This document shows positions 24,693 to 39,076 of a DNA stretch of 64,000 bases, in pieces (the stretch's first letter is position 1; the number at the start of each line of letters is the position of its first letter). A model generated the notes under the pieces. The model ran no database searches. It saw nothing but the letters and a program-made list of their open reading frames with translations, and was not told the DNA's origin. This DNA is from Epiperipatus broadwayi (Eukaryota; Animalia; Onychophora): the NCBI GenBank assembly GCA_028023455.1, contig JAQFVV010000006.1, positions 14,694,001-14,758,000 of the forward strand. The letters run 5' to 3'. Both the position numbers and the translations under genes were made by a program.

Positions 24693-24756
24693 AATGGAAA
24701 CCGCTAAAGACGCTATTCAAGAAATCTTTCTAGTATCACAAGTTCCAACTTATGTG
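24693..24756 (+). CDS. STK36: STK36 exon (METAKDAIQEIFLVSQVPTYV)
   Basis: tttag|, |gtatgt, phase 2/0; matches human [21 protein letters not shown]. Confidence 0.8.
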
Positions 24757-24817
24757 GTATGTAAATATGTAGTAATATTTAATATTTGTTTTTATTTATT
24801 TTATATATATATATATA

Positions 24818-24970
24818 TTATCTGGGAGCGTCCGTGTAATAAAAATACAATAACTAAATAGCTGATGTTTCAGTACATTAACAAGTACTTTCCTCAAGAG
24901 CTTTTTTTTTCTCAAATCATAATAATATATTTAGCTATTATATTTTTACTGCATGGAAGCTCCCAGAAAT
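24818..24970 (-). mobile_element. Short pLTR-like remnant with degenerate hammerhead and inverted end
   Basis: Minus strand AGCT-C(T)TGAGGA-A-AGTAC..GTACT-GAAA-CA-TC-AGCT at 24860-24902; CTGGGAGC/GCTCCCAG inverted ends. Confidence 0.5.
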
Positions 24971-26417
24971 AATGCTATGAATTCATTATTTATCCATAAA
25001 AATATTAAAAATTAATATATTATAAATTATTAATTTTTAACATGTTATTTTTGAAATAAGAAGTACCCTTAGAACCCTTTTGAATGCAAAAAGTATTTAC
25101 AGTTTACTATTTTCATTGATTACTATCTAATAACATTTGATGGTGATTTTTCTAATTTGAAAATATAACAGTTATTTCCACATATTAAAGTATTTCAACA
25201 TATATATAAAATAGTAACATATACCAAAACTTTGTGTTGTTTGATACAATAGTTGATTGGTAGACTCTGGAGTTCCAAGTCTATGGTTTGTAGTCCATCT
25301 CTGTCACATCCGGTGCATGAACGTTTTATGAATTTTTGAAATCACTCTGTTATTTAATTCTGGGCCATGTAACTTACTTGTATACATTTACATAAAAATT
25401 ACATTATATCTTTTATCCATAACTCTCTCATCCACTAGTCATTGCTATGAATATAATATCCAGATTAAGATATCGAAAGATTTTTTTATTTTGTGTTCCT
25501 AGTGATTATATCACTCATATAGGAAATGTAAACCAACTCTTTATGTTTTCTTGATATGTACTAAATGGTAAAGTACGTGTTTAAGAATTAAATGTTTATG
25601 AATTGAAGCTCAATCTTTCACATCTAGTGCTCAAATGTCACATGACTCTTAAGCAATTAACCATTTGATTATATATCTTGCCCTTTGTGATTAAAGCAAT
25701 GCTAGAATAATGGATTTGAAAGCTCAAGATTTTTGAAGCTCAAGCCATCTCTTATAGTGTGTGAATGATAAACAATCTCTTGGGCAACTAAGCATATGAT
25801 TAATAGTAATGTTGAATACAATTTTTGAATTTTTATTTTACAATTATATGACCTGATAATGGTATTAATATAATTATTTTTGCAAAAAAAAAAAAAACAA
25901 TCGTTAAAAGATATTAAATATCATAAATGAATCTTCAGTTAATTAAAAAAAAAATCATATGATCAATTATTTTGGAAGTCAAATGATGTTTTAGCATGAA
26001 AGTGGATGTAATTGTTCTCGATTAACTTATTTGAAATTTTTCGTGTTTTGTTGTCGAAGAATATTTAGTTACTACACTATTACTGTGCTCAATTGCATTT
26101 AGTTAGTATTTGGACATTTATACATCTTTCAATAAAGATAGAATAAAAAATATAAAATATTGGCCACCATTTTTTTCCAGCACATTTACGCCATCTAGCA
26201 TAAGCTTTAGTAACATGGTGATATTAACAAACATTTTACTTTTTTATATAAATATTTTAAAATAGAAAATATAACTATTTTTATATGTTTGACTAACTTG
26301 TTTATTTTTTCAGATTATTTTAAAAATTATTATTTTTATAACAATTTTTAGGAATGAAATTTTGTAATTGAAAATGTTTCTCACGTTATTAACTCTTTTT
26401 TTTTAAAATGATTGTAG

Positions 26418-26528
26418 GCTTGCACAGCTTTGTTGTTATGCCAGTTATATTACATTGGATGTCCGCTCATATTTGATGTCAACTCTATGTGTCAGTCTAT
26501 TCTTTTAATTTTTATGGATCTTACGCAA
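26418..26528 (+). CDS. STK36: STK36 exon (ACTALLLCQLYYIGCPLIFDV...)
   Basis: tgtag|, |gttagt, phase 0/0; matches human AAACLLGQLGQQGVTFDL. Confidence 0.85.
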
Positions 26529-28963
26529 GTTAGTAGAGTCTCTTCTTATGTGTTAAATATCTTATTATAACATATACAGTCACTACAAACATATTCTTTG
26601 TATAGATGTACATATTTCTAAGAATGTACAATCAAGTTAGTATTTGAAAAATCCTAATTGAAAAGAAACTAATATTGCAGGTAAATTACTTGTTAAAAAA
26701 TCAGAAAGTAAATTTATCATGACAATTTTTTGAGAAGGTGAAGATTTTGATTTTTACCAAAAAGAAGGGTGTAGGTGTTGTTGTATTTTGTAAAAATATA
26801 TTTACATTAGTAAAAGTTGGTGCACTCCAGAAAAAGTAGAAAATATTAGAGGAATATATTTAGATCGCGAACTGATAAGCGGTAAATTGAATTAAATAAT
26901 TTATGTTAATTGCGATCGTTAAATTCCAGGTGTATTCTTGAATTTAAAAAACCAAATATTCTAAAAAACAATAAGAAGAATTTCATTTTATTTAATCTAA
27001 TTTCAATATGGGGATTGCTTATCAGATTTAGAACGACAGACTAAAATGATATATATATATTGTAATGGGAGAAGTTTAAGCTAATGAAAAATAACTCGAT
27101 TGTGAGTTGACCACACCTTGACATGCCAAAATATAACTTGAGGATAGTAACTAATTTTTTTGTATCTTCAAATATTATATAACCATAAAGTAGTGATAAG
27201 GATTAAACCCCAAGCCCCATTTATTTGCAAGTTAATTACATTTCATTCTTTTAATAATAATTGTTACATTTCCAAGTATATTTTCTATCAGCTCTTTTTT
27301 GATCAGACAAATGATCCTTTATTAAAGTATCTTTCATTATATGTATATAGAACATCATCTAGCTAATAGAAGTATCCAATTCCTTCTTTTAGAAAGGCTA
27401 TTGTCACAAACTTATATTTAAATCCTTAAAAGAATATTTCACCTTTTCTCTGTTTATTGCTTCTGGTTACGAGCAGAATGCAGAACACAGATATTTCTAA
27501 CATGGATCACAGATTTATAATTACTCTTACTTAAATGTATATCACGAAGATAAAATATCATATCTATATAAAAGTAATGGGAAAGAAGTAGGCGCCATTA
27601 CTAACAGTAACGACTTTATTATTAACAAAATAATATTATTATCATTATGTTACAGTATTAAATATATGTTATAATACCAGAACTCAAAGGTTGAATTGAC
27701 GCTTGTGCATAGATTTCATTAAATAAAACTGGGTTTAAATACACTCTTATTTTAAAACATATAATAGTTTTGATAATATCTTACTAATGCATCTATTTTT
27801 ACTGCTGTAAACTGTTAGGGGAAGAAACCAGAAGGTAGAGAGAGAGAAAAAAAAAAAGTCTAACTGCTTTTCTCCATATAATTTAAATTTTGCAATCAAA
27901 GAGAAGAAGAAAAAAAATTACTCGCCCAAATATATAATATGAAAATAAAGAAAAATAATTAATTTGTTAATTTATAAAAAACAATAATTGTAACTTTATA
28001 TTGTTTAGAAATTGAATGGAGTATAAACTCTAATTGATCAATTGATTTGCACACACATACATCTTCATAAGGATCTGATATAGCTATATCTTTAAGCTGC
28101 CCACAGCAGATCTTTAATATTTGGTTTCTTTCTTGCGTAATGATGTTTAACACAGGTAGAATATTATTTGAATTTTCAGAAAGATTATCTGTAATCCTAA
28201 TATAGTTTTTTTTCTTGGGTTATAGGCCTGTTTCAGTCATGTGACTTTTAGTTTGACCCCCCCCTCTCCATATAAATGGTTGTAATTTGACGATGGTCAG
28301 TAATTACAATCCTTGTTTTTTATAAGGAAATTTTCCATATGAATATGATCTTTACAAAATGAAAGTATGTGACTTGATTAATCATTCTAATTATTAATCG
28401 AGAACTACATATAAAACCTCTTAACTTTTTTGCCTCGTATATTTGTCCATATATTTTTTCGTAACTCTCGATAGCATTCTATATGTGATAATAGGTTAAC
28501 ACTAAATAGATATTTAAGATTTGATAAGGACACAAAATTATGTGCTGAAAAATGCTTTTTTATATATATATATAATTATTAATATATGTTAGTATTGTGT
28601 ATGGAAACTCCTCTTTACACATTCGTTCTAGAATTGACCTGCACTCCTCTGCCAATAGATGTTTTAAAAGTGTAGAGCATGTGTGAAGAATAGTTTCCTT
28701 CCGCAATATTACGTATTTATAAAATTGTCTAATTATTAAACATATTCAAATTAGTAAGATTCAATGTCGCAAGTAGTTAAAAATAAGACATTTTTTCTTT
28801 CCTGTGATATATAAGCTTTTGAAAGTAATTTTCTAATTTAAAATGAGGTGCGTAATAAGATCAAGCCTGATTTAGGCACAGTCAACAAAGGTTGGTATAT
28901 TTAAAAAGTAAGCCTAAGCATAGATGAGCCATCTATGCTTTTAAAGCATTTATTGATAGGTGC

Positions 28964-31071
28964 TGTATCTGGGAGCGATCACTATGCTACCAAACATAGG
29001 CTTCTATGAATTTCAGTTGGTAAAAGTAATTCTACTGCAGCAACTTGGGATTATAGTTTAATAGATTAATATTATAACTATTATAAGAATATTAATTACT
29101 TATTAACTATTTATATACAGCATAAATATGGTACTTAATACCCAAAGGCATTTCTCAAATCGTAATAAAGGCCAAGGTGACTTGTTTAAGTCCCTACTCT
29201 TGCTTTGACAATTTTAGAGGCAAGTCTCTCCGCAATATTACCTATCAAGGCCAATTTGCACTTCCATGAACAAATGTCCCTTGGTTCTTTCCTAAACCAT
29301 TGCTTCACTATTAATTATTAGAACTCCTGTTCTAATTGGTCAAGGCACTTAGATCCTGCTGACATTATCTAATATTATTTATTATCTCTAGATGCATCTG
29401 CATGTGTAAATTAATTTTTGACAGAATTTCATTCTTATGACTTTTTAAAGAATTAATTTATTTCCTCAGGTTATAATTAAAAAACTGCAATTCTTTTATC
29501 TACTGCTTCAATCAGTTTTGATTTTACTTAAATTTAATACACTTATTTTTTATAACTGTTTTATAATTATATATTTATATCTATTTTAACATGCATATGC
29601 AAACGTAGCATACTTCCCCAATTTCAGAGATTTACATTTTTTCTGAAGTCAGAGTAAAATCACGAAGATGACTTGGTTTTTTTTATTTTACCTGATCAGG
29701 AAGTGGATTTACGTTTATGTCAGCTTCTTTTGCGTTAGTCTCTTCTGCTGCACATTCTTTCTTTTCCTCATTACGCTGGGTCAATTCTTATTTAGATTCC
29801 TCAGATTGATGTTCCAGGTCACGATCAGTTTTGTTAAATAACGACGATACTAAATCTTCATTCTCATCTCTTCACAATTGATTAATGTATTTTCGTAATA
29901 GGTTGCCTCATTTGTACAAACTTACAATTTATTTTGACAGATGTGATTTAGGATATTTTTTGTCCGCACTTGTTCACCTGGCATGAATTTACTCATGGTA
30001 GATTCTTGTTTAATGTAATCCTCTCTATGTATTAAGTTTGACAATTTGGTAAGCAGCTTACAACCTACATATAATTCTGTAGGTGATTTTCCTGCTTTAG
30101 CAGTTGGAATCGAATACTGATAGAAGAGTGCGGTATAAACTCTATCTTGTATTTTCATTTTCCCAATTTATTTATTAATACTTTCACATTTTGAACCAAT
30201 TTTTTTGCCAACTCATTAGATTGAGGATGGTAGGTGTGTGTGACCATGTATTTAATCCCTTTTCAGCTTGTTGCCAGGTTCGAATTAAAACTGTACCAAT
30301 TACTATATCTGGGAGCGATCTCTATGTTACCAAACATAGGCTTATACGAATTTCACTTGGTAAAAATAATTATATAGTGGCAACTTGGGATTATAGTTTA
30401 ATAGATTAATATTACAACTATTATAAGACTATTAACTACACATATATATGTATTAACTATTTATATACAGCATAAATATGGTACTTACATACCCAAAGGT
30501 ATTCTCAAATCATAATAAAAGCCATGGTGACCTTTTTAAGTCCCTAGACTTGCTTTGACATGTTTGGAGGCAAGTCTCTCCACAATATTAACTATCAAAG
30601 CCAACACATGATGACATACAGCATTGTGGTTGCAAGGCCACCTGCACCCTTGTAGCTTCCACGAGCAAGCGTCCCTTGGTTCTTTCCTAGACCAATTCTT
30701 CACTATTAATTTTTAGAACTCCTGTTCTAATTGGTTGAGTCACTTAGGTCCTGCTGACATTATCTAATATTATTTATTATTTCTAGACGTGTCTGCATAA
30801 GTAAAATCCCCTTTTTAATTGTTATTTATTAATTAGATTTTGATGAAATTTTATTTATTAATTAGTTTTTGACAGAATTTCATTCTTATCTCTTTTTAAA
30901 TAATTAATTTATTTCCTCAAGTTATAATTAAAAATCTGCAATTTTTTTATCTACTACTTCAATCCGTTTTAATTTTACTTTTTAGTTAAATTTAACACAC
31001 TTATTTTTTATAACTGTTTTCTAGTTATATATGTGTATTTATTTTAATTTACACATATAAACATAGGAACA
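28964..31071 (-). mobile_element. Old, internally deleted Gypsy LTR element
   Basis: Diverged direct repeats ~28964-29612 and ~30304-31071; integrase remnants between them (YHPQSNELA; PTAKAGKSPTELYVG); GGGGAAG PPT at ~29613-19; flanks GGTGC/GGTGA may be a TSD. Confidence 0.7.
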
Positions 31072-31200
31072 GGTGAAAGCATGTCAATTTTATAGCGCAT
31101 GTGTGAAGAATAATTTCCTCCCACAATATTATTTATATATAAAATGACTATATTAATTATTGTTAAAACAGGCAAAACTATATATATTGCTTTAAGCCAA

Positions 31201-31546
31201 TAAACATCACATGACCATCTCTTCTTATGCTTGTGTATAACTGTTGTTAAAACAGGCAAAACTCACTATATATATTGCCACACTCAGCAAGCTAGAGTAA
31301 TCAATGGATGCCACAAGACTTGTGCATATAATCCCCATTTAGTGTCTACTCATCCAATATCCCGACTAGTTTCTGGCTTGTGACCTTCGTCAGTGAGGAG
31401 CCTTGGATCTGAGAGCACTGCACCTAGATCTTAGGATCTAATGCAACCCTCCAGCAACCACCTTTTATCTCCATGTAACTACAAAACTATGAGTCTTAAA
31501 CTGAAAACGCCTTAATGTTTTCAATCCAAGCCCTTTAGCTTATATT
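31201..31546 (-). mobile_element. Family H1 copy B (ribozyme stem I damaged)
   Basis: Same repeat; 2-nt deletion next to the cleavage site (aatatcccgactag versus aatatccccagactag). Confidence 0.8.
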
Positions 31547-32385
31547 AATTATTACAATTATTAACTATATATATATATATAACTGTTATATAGGATATCT
31601 TTGTTATTTATTAAATGCACTTACTTTACAATGGCGTAATTTTTAGCCAGCACTAATTTTGAACAACTGTCATTCATTAAAACACTGATAATCCTAAATT
31701 ATTTTTTATTATGTTAGAAGTTCTAATCATTCTCTTAATTTTCATATGTACATCTCCAATTGTATTAAAGATCAACATGGAACTTTATATATGAATAGAA
31801 TAATTTAATTGTTAAAAAGAAAAAAAATGTCTTTAGTTTATAAAAAGTAATAGATATATTTGTTGTATAATAATATTTGGGCTTAAATAATAATAATTTC
31901 TAACCTAAAGAAGAAGGATTTGGAATTATTTATTTTTTTGTTGAATGATTATTTTTTTAATTAAGTCTGGTTTAAAAATATGGTACTTGTAAATAGTATT
32001 TGCATAAATGCAAATATAGCAATGTATGTGACTAGTCGGGGAAATAGATAATAACCTATCTGAAGAGACATAATTTGGTCAAAGTGTATATTAGGGGCCA
32101 ATTTTACTTCTGTTTTTGATATAGATAGTCAGGGGTTTGTAGTTGTTAAAATCTTCTAAATCGGAGGTTAGCACTTTAAGACTTTCAAGCCAAATGTGGC
32201 TCTTTGATCCCAATCTCGTGACTTTTTTTATCATGATGATCATAAACACGTTTTTATTTACTCTTGTAATTTGTAAATAAATATTTTGATGACTCTAGGA
32301 GAGGAAAAATGGGCATTATAACATTGTTTCTTGAATTCAGCCTTATTATGGAATAATAATTATTGTATATGATGAATATTTAAAT

Positions 32386-33015
32386 ATTAAACAAGGCAAA
32401 ACTCTCTATACAATAGTGCCATCCTGTGCCAAACAGAGTAATCAATGGATGCCAGAAGGCTTGCGCATAAAATCCCTATCTAGTGCCTACTCATCCAATA
32501 TCTCCAGGCTAGTTTCTGGCTTGTGGCCTTCGTCAGTGAGGAGCCTTGGATCTGAGAGCACTGCACCTAGATCTTAGGATCTAATGCAACCCTCCAGCAG
32601 CCACCTTTATCTCCACTTAACTACAAAGCTATGAGAATGAAATTGAAAACACAATAATATTTTCAATCTAAGCTCAACAGCTGAGTTCAGACCCATATGA
32701 CTATATAAGCTGTTGAGCTTAGATTGAAAATATTATTGTGTTTTCAATTTCATTCTCATAGCTTTGTACTTAAGTGGAGAAAAGGTGGCTGCTGGAGAGT
32801 TGCATTAGATCCTAAGATCTAGGTGCAGTGCTCTCAGATCCAAGGCTCCTCACTGACGAAGGTCACAAGCCAGAAACTAGTCTGGGGATATTGGATGAGT
32901 AGGCACTAGATAGGGATTTTATTCACAAGCCTTCTGGTATCCATTGATTACTCTGTTTTGCCTTGTTTAATAACAATTAATGTGCTAGTATGAGATAGTG
33001 ATCATGTGATATTTA
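32386..33015. repeat. Fold-back pair of H1 copies (C and D)
   Basis: Arms ~32421-32682 and 32708-32960 are inverted and share diagnostic variants; 25-nt spacer bounded by CAGCT/AGCTG. Confidence 0.9.
32818..32910 (+). ncRNA. Type I hammerhead ribozyme (H1 copy D), sense to STK36
   Basis: TCCTCA-CTGACGA(32853-59)-A-GGT CACAA GCC-A-GAAA-CTAG-TC(32882)/TGGGGA. Confidence 0.75.
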
Positions 33016-36000
33016 AATATTAGAAATTCATAACAAATCAAACTATCAAAGCAATTTTTTTGTTTTTATTTATTTATTTTTAAGAGAATTTTTATTTTTG
33101 TTAAGATGTGTACGGATTCTGTTACTAAAATAAATGATCAAATATATTCACAGCTATACAGTAATTCGTATTTTTCAGGAACACATTTTTCAGCTTTTTC
33201 CTTACGGCTCTTCAATATTGGGAGTACTTTGGTATTTGCACTCTATAATGGGAGAAGGGAGGGAGATTTAAACTAAATGACTCTTTTTCACCCTTTCCTT
33301 GTGGCTCTTTATTGTGGTGAGGGGGAATACCTCTTCTTGCAGCTCTTTAATAGCGGAAGAGAGGGAGATATAAACAAAATGGCTTTTTATATTAAAAAGG
33401 TTGCTGATTCCTGTTCTTGATAATCATCCACACATTACATAAAACATTTGAATTACCAGTTAATGTTAAAATATTGATTAATATTGCTCTGCAGATGTGT
33501 TTTTGAGCTTTGGATGTTAATTATCACAGTCTATGAGCATTCTACAATAATTAGTATTAATATAATAACTTCATTTATTTCTAAACACTAAACTTATGAC
33601 ATATTAGATGTTAAATCTTTCAGCACAATAGTAAATAATACTAGTGGGGAATTACATTAATTCGAAATTTCATTAACATCTTAAAAAAATTCCATTACGT
33701 ATAATCAATAAATGCATAAAGCTAACTAGAAATGATAATTAAGCTACCATTAATAGTTTTTAAATCTTTTAGCCAATCATAACACACATTAGATTCAAAT
33801 TTCATTTAATAAAATCAATAATAATCATTTCACTATGTTCTTTACAAATATGGTTCATTAATATATCTAAAAATAATTACAAAAAAAATTTTTAGCACAC
33901 TATTTTATTTATTTTATGGCCAATTTTTTTATACTTCAGTGTTTCAAACACATTGTCAAGGACTGTTTATTGAATTCACATCAATGCAAATATAGCGTAT
34001 AATAGGTTGAAACATTGGAGAAAAACTGAAGCATTAAAAAATGGTTCATAAAACAAAAATACAAGATTTCAAAAGAAAAAGTGTGCCAAAGAATTTATTG
34101 TTTTTGTAATTTTTAATCCATTCAAAATTACTGTACAATATTAAAAATTAATCAATTCCTTTGTAATATTTATGTTTTTTTGAGCTTTGAATATTTATTA
34201 TAGGTATCTAACGATAAATAGTCAAAGCTCTAAAATATATGTCTTGCAAAGTGATTTGTTAAATTCTGACATTTTACATAATTCAAACATTCCATGAAAT
34301 GTGCATTAGGATTGAGTCGTGATATTTTTTGGTTTTAGGGTTTAAAGTTATTAGAAATAGTGCAATTATTTATAATTTATAATTTAACCTGTATTTATTG
34401 AATATATATCATTTCAATGATCATTGATTTATTTCAAAATGAAAATCCCTCCAAGTTTAAATCCAGTTCCCCTGATTCAATAAATATCCAAAAAATAATC
34501 GTGAAAAAAGCCATTACTAGGAATATCAAATAGTGAGAAGTTTAGTAGTTTTTTTTAAAAATATATGATCAATTATATACCCATTTACTGATCAGCAATT
34601 AGATTGTTATCTAAGTTGACTGTGTGTTGGTTATCCGAAAGTTAAATCTTAAGCCAGTTTGGAACTTGAAAAAAATTTCCATGCTTTACTCTAGCTGGAT
34701 TTAAATCATAGGTTTGCGGACTTCGTAAGAAGATGTGCTAACCAGTATGACAAGCTTTTCATTTAGTTTTTAGTTTCTATAGCATCTCTTATTTTGAAAT
34801 AAAATTACTACCATATTTACAAGCTTGAACTCTGTGAAACATTTACATTTTTTCTAACTATCATGAAAACTGCATCTTCTACGGAGATATGTGATTAGTC
34901 ATCATGATCCAGTGAAGTAATGAGGAATGAAAACAGAATGAATAAAGATCTCTTACATGAAGGATTGTTTTATTGTAAATTTAAGATCTTTAAGTAACTC
35001 TTTTAATCATAATTATTTTTGGATAATCCTGATATTGTTTATATTTCATAATATACCCTTTATTTCTCACTTTAGTTCATTCTTAATATGCTTTTTTATG
35101 AGATCAAAAGCTTTATCATAATGACTTTAATTTATCATGACTCATCAAAACATATTTCTTCTTTTTTTTTTTTTATATGATTAGTGTTTTTTTTTAGAAG
35201 CAATTGGACATTTTGTAAGAGGTAACATTTAAGTTTTTTTCTTCATTAACTTTCTTCTTCATTTTTTCTTTGAGTAAGTCCTGAACATTTATGAAGCATA
35301 ATATAATTTCAATTTTTGTTTTTACCAATACAATATCACTTGATGCTGCATTAATTCCTGCTTTAAATCCTTATTGATGAAAACAAAATTCAAAAAGTGA
35401 TTTGTCAGTGGGTATAAAAAGTAGCTCTACTGTCTAGTAATCACTGATTAATCCAGATTACAATAGGTGATTATAACACAGAGAAGGAAGAGATAATTCT
35501 TGATTTACAGGGAGAGGCACAAGTGTTATACTTTGTGATAACAAGTGACTATCTGTTTAGAAGAATATGATCCAAAGTTGCAATAATGTATCCCATTGGA
35601 ATCTTAATTAGAAAGATTTAAGTTACTTTCAAATATGAAATAATTTTTAAAAATGCATTCCCAAACTTTCAGATTAAATAGCTTTTACTTTAAAAATTTT
35701 CAATACCCTTAAATTTCTGTAAATTGTACGTTAAGAAAAGTTCAAATATAATCACCATTGCCTCCGCTAAAAAAAATAACAATTGAATAAGCAGTTGCTC
35801 GGAAGGTCATGTCATATTTAAGTACCGGGTTTCAATTTATGAACTTTTACCTCTTGAATCCTCACTTTTCTACTGCGCTAAAATGTATGGTATATTACGT
35901 CCATTAATCTGATTAGGCATTGTGGAATGCAGTTATCAAACATTATTGTTGATAACTGTGATGTTTTGGCACCATATTTAAAATTTTCCCAAGGATTTTG

Positions 36001-37580
36001 ACTTTTTCATGTTCATAACTACAAATGTCAGTTTTAGCTTCATCAAGCTACATGTCTGTGTCCAAATATAAATAAATTAATAAAATGAATATACAGTATT
36101 ATTAAATGCAACCACCCAAAAACAGTTTTCTTTACCCATTCCAGAACCATCTGCTGTAAGCTTGAATATTCTATTGACACTTGATAATGTAGTTCTATAT
36201 TATCTCCGTTTAAAAACCAGTAAAGCTTGCAGTAGATGGGTCTAAGGTAGGATGAAGAGAATTTTTTTTTAGAAGAATATGAATCAGCATTTGATAAAGT
36301 CATACGATATTGATGTTGATAAATTTAGTCATATGAGTTTTGGATATTATTTACTCAAAAAGTTATTAAAATATTTATTTTTTTTGTTTAAAATATAATT
36401 ATTGTATAAAAAGTATTATTTAATGGTACTGTAGCATCATTTTTTAGATTTATATTTTATTTTCAACATGTAGAAGAAAAAAAAGATCTAAAATGACCAT
36501 AGTTTACAAAAGGTTGTTTCTCCTTTGCAGTTTTAATCCATCACTCATTCTTAAACCTCAACTGATCTTGAAATTCTGTCTTCAAATCCCTACATTATCT
36601 ACGAAAGCTTCATATTAATTTTTTTATTCAAATGAGGTAGAATACTATATATATATAAATCAGAAAATTAATAATACAATAATTGTTAGACAACCAGTTA
36701 GGAGTTTCCTTTTTAGCAAATATAAAAACAGACATTTGTATCCAAAACACAACCCTTCATGGAATTCCATGCTTCAATAATGTGATTAGTTTGAAAATCA
36801 CATTGATAATTTTGCTTTTCAGTTACTATTGAACTTTGCATGAAGAGCAACTGCATACAAAGAACAAAAATATATATTTTTTATCAATATGTTTGTAATC
36901 GAATATATTTTTCAGTACCATTTAACCTTTGAGTATAGTAATCTGTGCTTGACAAATAATCAGAACTTATAAATGCTTTTTCAATATGTTTTTTTTTTTT
37001 TACATTCTGACTCCAACTATAACATAAATGTGTGTATGTTTACATATAGAAGAGTTTTGTCACATAATGAGTAATGCTTCTAACTACTATACTTATTGTC
37101 TTTGGTTTGGATTCAGATTCGGTAAAAATTTGGAATTTTTTTTCAGTTATAGACAGATAATGATCTGGTTTTCAAGTTTCTGGCCTGTATACAACTTAAC
37201 TAACCATTTGATGTTGATCGGAAAGTGAATGCCAAGCCAAGAAAACTGCTAGAACCTCATCATCTGATAATTGTCAAAGTTGATGATGAATACTTTCTCT
37301 TTCATTATCCTATATATGAGCAGGGGGTTATATGTACTGTTGTGCAATGACTATTTAAATTTTGTTTACTTTTATTATAAGAGTAGTAATCTGTTAAAAA
37401 AATAGTGATCTGCCTATTGTTTTTTGCTTGCCGTTTAAATCATATGACAAGGATAAGCATATATATTAAGATTATTTGTCTTAGTTAAGCTTTTGTAAGC
37501 ACCAACATAATATAAATGATTCTTTAACTTACACAATTTGATACAAATAAAAGCAGCTCTATATATATATGTATACATGA

Positions 37581-37796
37581 CTCTAGTGCCATCTATTGTA
37601 AGCTTGAGTAATCGGTGATTACCAGTTAGTAATGCACTTAAATCTCCATCTAGAGACTAGTTTCTACAATAATTCGAGCTTTGAAACTCAAATCCTCTTT
37701 AATAAAGGCAAAAGCCAGAAACAGGGGATGGGAATTTAAATGCATTATTACCTGGCAATTAATAATTACCCAAATTTACTATAGATGGCGCTAGAG
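37581..37796. mobile_element. 216-bp MITE-like element
   Basis: 21-bp inverted ends CTCTAGYGCCATCTATWGTAA with 2 mismatches; no clear TSD. Confidence 0.55.
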
Positions 37797-37873
37797 TTTA
37801 TACTTTCATTGTCTGTGATTGTGAATATGTATACAGTATACTTGAATATAAAAAGGTTTTTGTAAATTTATAG

Positions 37874-37948
37874 GTGTCAACACGCTGTCCATTTGAATGT
37901 GGTATACTTGATGGAGCAATATTGTTACTATGTCAGATGATAACGGAG
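37874..37948 (+). CDS. STK36: STK36 exon (VSTRCPFECGILDGAILLLCQMITE)
   Basis: tatag|, |gtaatt, phase 0/0; matches human [25 protein letters not shown]. Confidence 0.9.
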
Positions 37949-38264
37949 GTAATTATTTATAAATATTGCACATATATGCATTATTTATCTTTCTTTTCCA
38001 AACGGTGTTTTCAATATATTTCAAATGATATTATTTATTTCAGTAAAACTATAAATCATAAACTTCCACTTTTTAATGGTGTTTTTTAGTAAGGTTTTTT
38101 TTTTTTTTGACAATTATATGCATAAAATGCAGTTGTATAGCGTTATTTTCTTATTTACACATATATGTTAAATACATATGCACTTTTTCTTTTTTTAATT
38201 TTTTTTCTTTTCTAATTTATATTACATATTTAATATATAAATTTAATATTTTTAACAAGTTAAT

Positions 38265-38674
38265 AATTATTTAATAAATGAGAACTCCATTATATAAATG
38301 AAGTTAAGTCTTATTCCAACTAGTATTGAAGTGCAGTGACCAATCAGAGCAATTCTACTGGCTGGAAGAAAACAACACATGGAAGTTGTCCAAACCAGTA
38401 TAAAATATTAAATTTAAATACATGACATGGAATGTAAGAAATGTTGTTATACATTGTATCCCAACTCTTATAGCTGTAACGTCCAGCTACTGGCCATACA
38501 TAACACGCATGACTGATCAAAAGAGGCTACATTTTGATGCCGAGTAGCTTGGACGGGTTTGTATTGCTTTCTTTCAACCAGCAGAACTGGTCTGATTGGT
38601 TACAGCATTTCAATATGACTCGACTGTGGATTTAACTTCATTTATATAACAGAATTCCCATTTATTAAATAATT
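38265..38674. mobile_element. MITE with ~130-bp imperfect TIRs
   Basis: AATTATTTAATAAATGRGAAYTC..TTATATAAATGAAGTTAA..CCAATCAGA at both ends, inverted. Confidence 0.75.
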
Positions 38675-38759
38675 CATATATAATATAGTATATACTTTTA
38701 TATATTTTTATTTTTAAAAAATATTTATTGAAACTGAAATGGAATTGGGTTTGATATAT

Positions 38760-38970
38760 TACTAGAAGAGGTGATAATAGATAAATAGTTGGAATTGTAA
38801 GCTGGTTCTGAAGAGATTGTAAAAGACCTAGAAAGAGACCATATGTGAAATGGATAGATGAAATAAGGAAGTTTGTCAGTGTGTTGTGTAGATGAGAGAT
38901 TAAAGACTCATAGAAACTGGATAGACACCTTCATGCTGTAGTGAATCAACAAGGATTGAAAATAAAGATG
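38760..38970 (+). mobile_element. RTE LINE 3' end remnant
   Basis: Resembles the 3' end of the element at 41735-42590 (KRPRKRP..KWIDEIRK-like). Confidence 0.5.
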
Positions 38971-39076
38971 ATTGAAAAATATATGATTTTTTTCCTTTAT
39001 TTAAAATAAGCAATGCAAATGAATTGTGAGAAAACCGTGAATATTGTATTATTTTATTATCTATATCAAGGTAAGA

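Noticed and set aside
27959-28200. ~80-codon open frame on the minus strand, a possible nested gene exon
   Set aside because: No recognisable domain and no partner exons; may be chance or a TE remnant.
36043-36303. Minus-strand ORF with faint transposase-like composition
   Set aside because: No catalytic motif or TIRs identified.
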